DNA of 61,645 nucleotides, counting the filler, from Choristocarpus tenellus KU-1152 (Eukaryota > Protista > Phaeophyceae), in assembly GCA_964200185.2 (NCBI GenBank). It is 13 parts of 13 records of this genome, joined end to end, with 100 filler letters (N's around TTAATTAATTAA, not from the genome) between each part and the next. Parts side by side here need not be neighbours in the genome. Positions count along the whole stretch, not along the records: positions 1 to 10,635 come from CAXNAD020002812.1; 12 more parts are not named here. One strand, 5' to 3'. The position numbers were made by a program, and so were the translations under genes. This document shows, one piece after another, positions 1-10,735 of this stretch (position 1 is the first letter of the stretch; each line of letters opens with the position of its first letter). The notes beneath the pieces are model-generated. The model worked only from the letters and a program-made list of their open reading frames with translations, ran no database searches and was not told the origin of the DNA.

Positions 1-316
1 TATGGTAGCATGACTCAGGAAGAATGGCACTTTTCACGAGAAATTCTTACGCGAGCGCCAAACTCGCGTGAGTATCTCTGGGAGTTTGTGCCAAACGCTC
101 GAATACGAGAATTCCGGTACAAACTCCTAGTTTTTTTTAGGATATCGAAAAAGCGGTACAAAATGGCATATTTTTCGATTTGGTTCATAATATTTGGCCC
201 AAAGTCGGGGTAGGTACCGTAATAGGTTAGTCTCGATGTTGACATTGTTGGACAATTCCCTGCACTCTAAGTTTGTGCAGTGTAATATTATGTAGGTTCT
301 ATTTTATTATTATTAT

Positions 317-930
317 CCGGACTTTTCTTCTGGAGGTGATTTCTCAGGTCTCTTTGCTGGTGATCTTTCTCTTCTTGTTTCGTCAATGTTATTATTATTA
401 TTATTATTATCCGGACTTTCTTCTGGAGGTGATTTCTCAGGTCTCTTTCCTGGTGATCTTTCTCTTCTTGTTTTTTTGAATATTATTAATATTATTGTCC
501 TGACTTTTCTTCTGGAGGTGATTTTTGTCTTCTTGTTTTTTTGAATATTATTAATATTATTGTCCAGACTTTTCTTCTGGAGGTGATTTCTCAGGTCTCT
601 TTCCTGGTTATCTTCTCTTGCTTTTTTCAACATTATTATTATTATTGTTATTATCCGGACTTTTCTTCTGGAGGTGATTTCTCAGATCTCTCTGCTGGTG
701 ATCTCTCTTTTTTTATATTATTAATATTATTGTGTACACTTTTCTTCTGGAGGTGATTTCTCAGGTCTCTTTGCTGGTGATTTCTCTTCTTGTTTTTTCA
801 ATGTTATTATTATTACTATTATTATTATTATCCGGACTTTTCTTCTGGAGGTGATTTCTCAGATCTCTTTCCTGGTGATCTTTCTCTTGTTTTTTCAAGA
901 ATATATTATTCATATTATTATTATTATTTT
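317..930. repeat. Compound minisatellite, 7 units of about 65-100 bp
   Basis: Core ccggacttttcttctggaggtgatttctcag recurs at about 317, 411, 499, 564, 655, 734 and 832. Each copy is followed by a CT-rich tract and a variable (TAT)n/TATTAA run. Confidence 0.93.
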
Positions 931-2211
931 AGTGGTATTTGTGTCCATAAAAGTCGTCTCCCTCATGATCCATCCCCTCTTGTGAGGACCGATGCATGTG
1001 GAAAAAACAGAGACATTCGACAGTAGCATATGGTTCTCAACCACACACCTTGGGAAAGGTAACATTCAACTCTATTTTTGCCTTGGAATGTTTGGGTTTA
1101 TTCAGTTTGTAGGGTTCATTTTTGTCGTGGCAATTATCAGGTGTCTATATCGTCTGTTGCCCGTATGACACCCAAGTTTCTTTGCTCTGAAAAATCGTCT
1201 GTTGTGTGGCACCGAACTTGCATCTGGCTTTCACTTTGAGGGTAATACTCAGCGCCAATCACTGCAAGACTTCTGTTATGTAGCAAGCACTCAAGTCCAC
1301 TTGCCGTATAACATTTGTTGTCTCGAACAACACCAACACCACTGTTTACTGTATTATTATTATTATTATTATTTGTAGTAGTGGTAGTAGTAGTAGTGGT
1401 GGTGTTACTAGTGGTACTAGTTGTGGTAGTTGTGGTATTGTTTCTTCACATATTAGTTTTATTTTTTTAAAGCAGAAGTGGTGAATGGAAGAGATCTTTG
1501 AGGAAGAAAGAAGAAAAGAGAAAACAGAGAAACGGCGGTACATGTCTGCTGTCCAGCAAGTGGTCAGACCCGGCAAGTGCTCAGTTTCATTTCTCCTGTA
1601 ACGCCTGTTGCTTCTGACGACAAGTGGGTTTTGTTTTGATACATGTTGTTGGTTGCTCAGGACAGCAATCGGGGCTGTATTCCTCTCTAGTGTCCATTGT
1701 TAGGCAAACACTGAAGCACATTTATCTGTAGGGTCTGCTGTCCAAGACAATGGGAGGGGGCTATTTGATCTGTAACTCTTTATTGTCCAGGCAAGGCTTT
1801 GTTGGACGTGTAACACGAACACATTTAAGCTGCGTTATGCAAGTGTCATGTTTTCCGAGGGGTGTTGTAATACTTGGGAACAGGTATCTTTTCAACTTGA
1901 GTAAAATACCTTGTTATCTGACGTACGTTCCTCCCTCTTTGCCATCAAAAACCATGCACATACACACCTCTTACATACTACTAGATTCTTTGAAGTGCTA
2001 TTATAGTAGGACCCTAGAGAGCCAGTTTCCCTCGAACACTCCTACCTCCATCACGCCTTCCATCTTCGCGCCAAAGCATTCACGGAACTCTCCCCTTCCA
2101 GCTCTGATTCAACTACTACTAAACACCTTCCTGCCCCCCCCCACCCCCTGCCCTTTATGTTGCTTTGTCTTCGGTGGGGGGTGGGGGGATGGCCTCTTGT
2201 TGAACACACAG

Positions 2212-3396
2212 GCCGCCCAGATAATCCAGAAGATAGTGAATGCTGTTCGATATTGCCATGAACACCATGTAGTACATCGTGACATTAAGCTGGAGAACCT
2301 CCTGTGGGAACATGAAGGGCCAGATGCAGAGCTGCAGGTTTGTTTTTTTATCATGCACTTGAGGTCCAGGTTTGCAAGGGGGGGGTTTCGGTATTTGAGC
2401 TCTTAGGAACTTCATCAAGTAAAGATGTAGAATCTCTGACTATGTTTTCATGAGATTGTTTATGTGCTCTTTATAGGCATCAATGAGACCGGGTGCATAT
2501 TTTATAAGGGCTACATGTATCAAGATGATTGATTTATGGGTGTGGTTTTACCCCCTCCTTGTACGCGCCTTCCACCCTCCAGTACACCTTCTACACGGTT
2601 GAGTGTTAACTGCTCCAGGCAAAAGAAACGATCTCAGCTGTTCACAAAGGGGTTAATGGTTCAGTGTATTTACTATGCTGCTCTACTGTTTGTACAGGAA
2701 CAGTGCTCTGACGCGAGCGTGGAGGACATATAGTCATAGTACTGAGTACGGGCAAATATGATAGTATGAACTGATCACGTTCCCTTTCCTGGTATACACC
2801 ACATCACCCTTCTTCACCTTCCCCTGATTTTCTTCACACCCAACATTTGTTCACTTCCCCTTCCTTTCTATTCCCACCCCCCCCTCCTTGATTCATCCCG
2901 ATATTATAGGGGCAGGATATATTAACCTTACAAAAAAAAAATTACCCCCGATGTGATGGTCTGTTCTACAGGTGTTCCATGTCATAGTCAAACGAGACTC
3001 TCGCCTCTTCTCTTTCAACCTTTCCCTGACCCCTCAAATCTTGTCTTTCTTTTTGTATTTTGCGACGATGCCTTCATCTCTCTCCTCGAACTCCTGGGAC
3101 CCTTATCGCGGAAGCTTGTTGACTTCGGCCTGTCTGCCCACTTTGACAACGACGACGATGTATTCAACGCTGACGTAGGCACCTTGTACTATGTCGCCCC
3201 AGAGGTCCTTGGAAGAAACTACACAAAGGTGCTTAGTGAGTAAAACGTGACCCCTTTTATTTTCTCTTTTTTAGAGCTGTATGCTGCTGATCTTTTTCTA
3301 CTGGGGAGTGAGTGTTTTTCAGGGATCGAGTTTAAAGGGCAGTGGATGGTGGAGTTGGAAAGCAGGCTATATCTCTGAACCACAGATCTCGTTCTG

Positions 3397-3427
<31 letters not shown>

Positions 3428-6400
3428 GGTTTTCTAGAGTGAATGAGGTTCACTACTTAACGTTCTGTGAAGGGCTGCATACAATTGATGGTGGACCATT
3501 TGGTGTTCCCGGAAATGTGCAGCTCACTATTTCTGTCCCTCAAAGGACTGCAATATATGAAGTTGATTGTATAGTACCAAAGTTGATTGTATAGTACTAG
3601 AGTTGATTGTATAGTACTAAAGTTGATTGTATAGTACTAAAATTGATCGTATAGTACTAAAGTTGATGACGGTCGATTGATTCAGGTGGCAAGTGTAGTA
3701 TTGGGGACTGGGGTTTGATTACGTGGGATCCGGTTGGTTTGGACCGAGGTTTTCGGTGAGGTTTGGAAATATTACCAGGAGACGGAGTGACTTCTGAGAA
3801 GTAAACATGGGAGGTTTAATTGAGATCTCTGTGAACCTGCACACGCCTAAATTGAACTCCCAATGTAGATTGCATTGCGTTCTGACTAACATTCCTGCCA
3901 GCTGTGGGTGGTGCCTTTCATACATCTCTCCGTGATTGCCTAGTTGGCAACTCTACCATGACAAGTACACCTACTTGGTCAATGGCAATTTGGGGAAGGA
4001 AGGACAAAAGGTTGGAGATTTGAAGTAGCAACGACTTTTTCGGGGAGCGCAGGGGGGGGGGGGGGGAAAGAAGCATTGCTCATTGCCCGATTGCTACTGT
4101 GTTCTTGAAGTTGGGTGTAGTGAGATGTATTGCTCTGTGTCTGTTAGGTTGATAGTTGACAGGCAGGGGATGTATAGTTCTACACACAAAAAATAACAAA
4201 AAATAATCAGAAGCATTGCATCATAGAATAGAACAGCATCATCCACGTTACTCATGCGTTTCATATTGAGTCGGCAGGTCAGGTCTCTCCGCACCTCCTT
4301 CCTCCAACTTGCTCGAAGAGGACAGATAGCCCCTTGACTAGTCTGCCCTGTTCATCCCACACACACCTTTGTGACAGGCCTGTGACTGCTGGAGCATAGG
4401 CGTCGTCGCGTACATACTCTTGTCGGGGTCTCTTCCGTTTCTCGCCCCGAATGACCAAGGGATACAGATCAAGATCAGGTGGTCCAAGGTGAGGGATGTT
4501 GGGATCAGCAGTGCGGGGGGGACTGAGGGAGAGCTAAGAGGATTTTGGAATACATAGGGGCACATGCATGAGGTAAGAGAGATGCTGAAGGGTACATAGA
4601 GAAATCCTGTGTGCGTGTGTGTGTGCGTGTGTGCGTGTGATACTTTTTTACGCCTCCTAAGATGTTGAACCTCCCCCCCCCTGTCTACCGAAGTCAGGTG
4701 CACACAGAAAGAAAAATAAAAGTATGGTGCTCGCTCACACGTCCGTAAGTATATGACGCAAGTACAACAATAGCCTTGTACCATCTGTATACATGGGTGC
4801 AAAGGGTGACCCCGAGTGCTTAACATACTAGATGGAGAGTTACTTGCTGAAGTACTGTATATATATGTTGTAGTTACTAACTTCTGTAGCACATTTGATC
4901 ATCTAGAGCGTGCACAATTAAACTTTTCCACTGAGCGTGTATTTGGATGTACAGCAAGGTAGTAATATAGCGGTAGTTGGCAATAAGTTATTGTGGTTCC
5001 ATTTTCAGTCTTGCTTGGATGCAAGGACTACATAAAGTTGCTTTGGTGATGGTTATCCTTGCTTTTTTGTCCATGCGAGTGCTTGCAGTTTTCACTCTGA
5101 TGTATTGATTACTACTTTTCAATCTTTTCTTTTTTTTTCGTTAAGTTCTTTGCATGGAGGGTCTCCTGCCATTTTTGGTATTTATGAATATTTTCTTCCG
5201 TTATAGAAGTTTCAATATTGCAGTCTATCGGCTGCTACCCCCCTCCCCCTCCCCGCCGATGCGTGTGCATACATGGCATAGATACAAAATGTTCATCCGT
5301 ACAAGTGAGATAATGATTTTTATTTGCAACAGGGCAGATGTGGTGCATTTTGGGTTGGGGTGACTATAACTGCAATGTTATTTATTGCTCAAACATGTAG
5401 TTACAATGAATTGTGTAAGTTATGATGCCCTTGTACTTGCAATACTGATCTCTTGGGGGTATGCTTGCTTCCTTCTATTTTTTTTTTCATGTGCCTTGCA
5501 AATCACACCAGATTTCGTTCCCCAAGGAACTTTTTGGGTCCATCTCAGAGGAGGCAATAGATTTCATTAAGGTGTGTGTGTGTGTATGTGTGTTTACTTT
5601 TTCACAGTGAGGGTATGGATGGAGGAAAAGAGATAGGAAGGGTAGGTTGTCGGACTGTATTTGGAGGTGGGGTGGGCCCTGAGTATACGTTGGATGAGCT
5701 GTAGTAGGGTGGGTTCAGGGGCGGGATGTAAAGTAGTTCTGCGAGTCATTTGTTGTCTGTTATTGGAGAAGAGTGTCATCACAGTGAGCAATTTCTTTGG
5801 GCTAGTGATCCTATAATCTGAAGTCCCAAGGTCAGGACTGAGCCCCAGAATCAAGATGGTGCTAGAGGTGATAAGAGGAGAAAGGAAAATGCAAGGCCCA
5901 GAATTGAACTTGGAAGTAAAATGGCGAACTTGGACAACGGAAACCTTGTGTGGGTTGTGCACATTCATGCTTGGTCTGATCAGAATGGAATGGAACCTGT
6001 GGAGGCGAAATTGTTAGCACATACTCTACCAACATGATGATCTGCTTGTGTTGTGGATCATGCTCGCTTTGCTGTAGGGTGGGGTGTGAGTTCAGGGCTT
6101 ATATGGGGGACTGAAATCACACTATTGCTACCGTACTGAATTAAACCACTGTTCATGATCGGGAAAACAGCATAAAATGGTTTTATACCTTTTAAGATAC
6201 ACAGCTCCTTTTTTTTGTGAGGTCTACAAAATACGTACCCCCCTTGATTCCCCCCCCCTTTTTAAGGCTCTTTGGGACCTCAGATTTAGAATGTAAGCAT
6301 CGGTCAGCCCAGAAGATTGCTTTGACCTCTCGGACTCAAAATTTGCACTGCCATAGGTGCGCTTCTCCCCCTAAGTATTTTTTTTCTCCATCCTGCTACT

Positions 6401-9400
6401 GTGATGGTAGAGACTTCCACCACCGCCGTCCACATCTCTCACCATACCTTGCCAGAAAATGTTGATCAAGACTCCTTCCAAGAGGATGACAATCGAGGAA
6501 GCTGCGGAGCACCCGTGGCTCGTCCGGGAGAGGGAACGCCTCCACCACCCTGAACATGAAGGTGCAGCCTGGGATGGGGCGGTAGGAGAGAGGAGACGAG
6601 ACCCTAGCGCAGCTCAAACACCCCTCTCACCTTCCGTGATCACCAGACTGAAGGCGTTCCAGGTTTGAAGTGCAGTTGGACCCACCTCGCTTGTGGTTTT
6701 TGAGTCTTGTGGGTACGGTTGGTTGAATGTATGAGACTACTACTTGGTATGTGGTGGTGGTGGGCTACCTTTTTCGGGGTGGTTGATGGGGCAATAGCAT
6801 GGGGGGGGTGGAGGTACACCTTTTCCTTACACAACTTTCTCGCAGTGACCAGATTATGTACGGAACTGTAGGGACCAGAGCACCACGGGACCGTTCCGTG
6901 ACCCTGGACGCGAGAACGTAAGTATTACTCTGCGGGAAGGATGGATACCGGACTCTTGACCCTGGCACTCCTGTTGTGGTGGTGGTTCATGCGATCCGAA
7001 AGTAGTGCACGATTGTGTAGGACTCTAGTTTTTCGTATCTTTAATCGTGAACAGAAACATATCCACCGATTAATCCTTGCTTAGGACTTGATTTATTTTT
7101 TCTTCCTAATTGATGAGGTTCCATACTACTTTCTCAAACCTTTCATCATTCATATATACGTAAATACTAGTAGGGTATATTTAGAGCTTGAACATACGGC
7201 AACAGCGTCACAACACATCTGCACCACCTTCCCTCTGCTGAAGTGTTTTGTCCTCTGCACCACCATGAATTCGAGTGCACAATCCACCCTACCTCCCCAA
7301 CTGTCCCACCCCCTCCCGGTGTCTTGTTGCAGGAGATGTGTACACTCAAGAAGGCAGCATTGGGAGTCATTGCTCACTCTCTCAGCCCGGAGCAGATCAA
7401 GGGGCTTCGAAAAGAGTTCCAAAAGTTGAGTCCAGTGAGGTTTTTCTCCTACCTCCTCTTTATCTCCCCCCCCTCAAAAAAAATCTGTCAAGTTTCAGGT
7501 TGTCAAAGCTCTCTTGTAATACCTCAGCTTCAGTTGTTTCCATCGTGCCCTCTTCTGTACTTCTCTCTGTTGTGCTTGAGCGAATCGATTATTGGGATTA
7601 GTGCTGATTGATTTATACATGACGGAGTTCTTTTGTATATGGTTAAATTGGCCATCGAATGCCGGATCTGTTCATCAGTATATATATATATACATATATA
7701 TTTGTATGAATGTTGTTTGAAGCATTTGATGTACATCTTACGTGTTTCTTACGCGTCCTGTACTCTAGTCTGTGTGTTTGTTTGTTTGTTACTGTGTTTG
7801 ATGTAGTCGAGGAGGAGAGAGAGAGAATGTTGAACTTCTGGAAGTTAGAACAGTTCTAGATGTCTTGCAGTATGTAGAAGTACCAGATCTTTCTCTAGCC
7901 CCACACAACCTCGCTTCCAAATTTCCAGAGAAAGGACTGAGGTCTTCTATGGAGTTTGATGTACAACTGCAAGGGTGGGCAAGAACTAATGAATAATAAT
8001 CATCTCCCAGCACACGCCCAATGGAATGAGAGCTGAGTCTCAATGCTTGAAGCAAGGGAAAGTGCCAACGAACAATCTCGTCCACCCCCTTACCCCCAAT
8101 ATCTAGTCAGCCCTAACCCTTAACTTAGTTGCTTGAGTGCTGACGCACTGGGGCAGGCGCCTCGTATCCCGTATCACATATATGCAATTGCAAGCCGGTA
8201 GTTGCACAGGAAATCACGCACCGGTCTGGCCACTCTTTTTTGGTGCTTGTCCTCCACCTCTTGGGGCCCTGGTTGTGTGCAGTGACTGACAGGGACGATC
8301 TGTCTTTTTTTGTATGACGAAATATAGTGAATCCGTGCCTTGATTTGTAATTACAGGTGGATGTAGAAGGGAAAGGAGAGATTAGGCTTGTTGAGCTGCA
8401 ATTGGCATTGGAGAAATCTGGTCAGTTCTCGCAGTTCGAGGTGAGCTGTTTGGTAATACAGCTAATGTATTTTCAAAAGTTTGACTGTTCCTGGATTGTT
8501 TCAACTGCGGATTGTATTTAGGGATAGTTTGGTTGTACTACGCTTGTAGTAGCTATTAATATGGTTTGAAGTGTTTGCTATATTATTGAATGCGTGCTGA
8601 CATTTTGCAGGTGTTGCGTTGTGAGGTAAGGCATAAAATGAATGGAGCATAGTCTCTACTACTTGAAACAAAACCCTTTGTAGTTGTGTGACCAGATAAA
8701 CAGGTTGTGAATGCCCTTCGCCAGGGTCATTGAAGTTGATCCAACATGCTTGAAGGACAGAACTTGTGTGCTTTGTCTTGTTATGTCTTGATATTTGAGA
8801 CAAAAACCGTTTCTACATGATAGTAGTAGGGTTGTATTGTGTGTGTCACAACTGTTTTAGAGGGAATGATAACAATCTATTCTGATATTCACATGTAGTT
8901 GGAGAGTGTGAAGAGACAGGGCTGAACTGGACCAATCATAACCTTGTGTTTTTTTCCTACTCTATACCTTGAATATTGAAAGGTGAAGGAGATGTTTGGC
9001 GATCTTGGTGTCAATCATATTGGAACCTTTGGATTCAACGAGGTAGGCAGAATGAGGAGGGGATGGAAGAGGGAGAGGTGGGGACATGAGAGAGAGCCTG
9101 ACTGATCAATGTGTTGACCTTTACTTTCGTTTTTTCGTGACACCTGATCTCTCCGTTTAGTTGTTTGTTTTTTAAGTCTCTCTTAGATATCTACAGGGTA
9201 TTCTTTGTACCTTGATCTGGTAGAGTTGTAAGTTGTAGAATTTGTTGTATCCTGTAACAATATCGATTCAGTACCATTCACTGAACCATACATATCCGAA
9301 CAGGACTCAAGTACGTACAAAATCGACAGGGATGTCACATATATATAGAAGCAACCTCAAGTGGCCTCTGATATCTTGTCAAGTCTATTGGTCTTTCTCT

Positions 9401-9781
9401 TGGTCTTTTTGGGGGCGGCTTTCTGTGATGTTGTGCTGCTCCAGATGATTCTGATTGGTGCAATGCTTCTGAACATGTTGTGTCCAAGGGTTTGTTGACC
9501 ACCCTATTTCCTTCAGCAACTCTATGAGGAAAGGGTATGTCTACATTTTGGTGTGAGTGCAGGTCTGTGTGCTCCCTAGTCATTCCTTCAACCTCCACCT
9601 GACCACTACGCCCACCGCAGCTTGAATGAACATCTGCCTGATTATATAGGTCTGTGCTATCCCCTGGTCCCCCCCCTCCCCTGCTCAACAGTTTTTGGCA
9701 GCTTCTTTAGGCGAATTACATGTGGACGAGGAAAACATTAGACTGGCCTTTGACAGGATGGACTCTGACCATAGTGGGCAG
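2212..9781 (+). CDS. Calcium-dependent protein kinase (CDPK: kinase + junction + EF-hands), partial at both ends, 9 exons
   Basis: Exons: 2212-2337 (HRDIKLEN), 3115-3228 (DFG...GTLYYVAPE), 4378-4488 (DCWSIGV), 5512-5571, 6456-6662 (KRMT...HPWL), 7333-7434 (LKKAALGVIA junction), 8357-8440, 8983-9042 and 9692-9781 (AFDRMDSDHSGQ EF-hand). All are flanked by AG/GT and join in frame. Confidence 0.92.
3559..3667. repeat. 20-bp tandem repeat (aagttgattgtatagtacta), about 5 copies, intronic
   Basis: Directly visible inside the CDPK intron 3229-4377. Confidence 0.92.
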
Positions 9782-10635
9782 GTAAGCAAAATCGGTGAAC
9801 TTGGGGTGACCTTTTTGGAAGTAGTAGGTGTGGATGCACACGCCGGAAGCAGTACGTGGCTTAATCTTCATGACGCCTTGAAGTGGCTGCTGCGCTGTGT
9901 TACCTTCTTTCCTTTATGTGTACCACAGATGGTGTACTGAATAATTGATGGATGATGGATGTTGTGTGTGTGTGGTGTGAGAGAGGGAGAGCTCTGTGAG
10001 AGAGGGAGAGCTCTGCTGGGGTATGCACGTTATGCCTCTCACATGGAGATACAAACTGCTGTTGATTTCGTGAAAGTATCCACTTGGAGGAGAGCATAGA
10101 CTAACGATCTCTCAGGTCTCATGCAGGCATCGATGACTACCGCAGCATTGTAATAACAGAAGAAAGTGGATTGTCAGCACATCGCTGAAGGAGTTATCAG
10201 TTGAAGATGTTCACTCTGTGGCTTGTTGTGTACTTACTCGCTCTTCGAAGCACAAGCAAATAAAAAGCAAGACACCTACTCCAGGTGGCCATCGGTCTAC
10301 CTGATGTGGTCAAGAGTCTTCTGTTCATATCAAGAACCAAAAATTTGTTCCTCAAATGCTAATAATATAATAAAATAAGGACCATTCCCACCCACGAAAA
10401 AAAAAAGATGGAACAATTTCCTCTTTTTTGGAACATAAATATATTATTTTCTTATCACGTTCCTAAAAAAAAAAGTTTGTTTTTTGTCAATAGCGATATA
10501 CATCCAGGACACCCTTGTCTTCCCTGTGCAATCATCACTGACCTTGATGCGCTGGACTGTTCTGCTCTGACTCAACCCCCCCCCCCCCCCCCCCCTTTTT
10601 TTTTTCTTTATTGTTAAATTCTCCACTAGTGGGGG

Positions 10636-10735
10636 NNNNNNNNNNNNNNNNNNNNNNNNNNNNNNNNNNNNNNNNNNNNTTAATTAATTAANNNNNNNNN
10701 NNNNNNNNNNNNNNNNNNNNNNNNNNNNNNNNNNN
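10636..10735. other. Artificial contig linker N44-TTAATTAATTAA-N44 (first of 12)
   Basis: Identical 100-nt linkers with stops in all six frames also occur at 13983-14082, 21005-21104, 28741-28840, 31770-31869, 35128-35227, 38247-38346, 41266-41365, 45489-45588, 49421-49520, 54959-55058 and 57623-57722. Confidence 0.98.

Noticed and set aside
317-930. CRISPR-like repeat/spacer appearance
   Set aside because: The spacers are homologous low-complexity tracts rather than unique sequences, no cas genes are present, and the context is eukaryotic.
1750-2406. 218-aa ORF as a complete gene
   Set aside because: Only 2212-2337 is a kinase exon and the rest is open intron. Most short ORFs in the track are likewise non-coding.
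10680-10691. Recurring palindrome TTAATTAATTAA
   Set aside because: It is always centred in 88 Ns, so it is a synthetic six-frame-stop linker.
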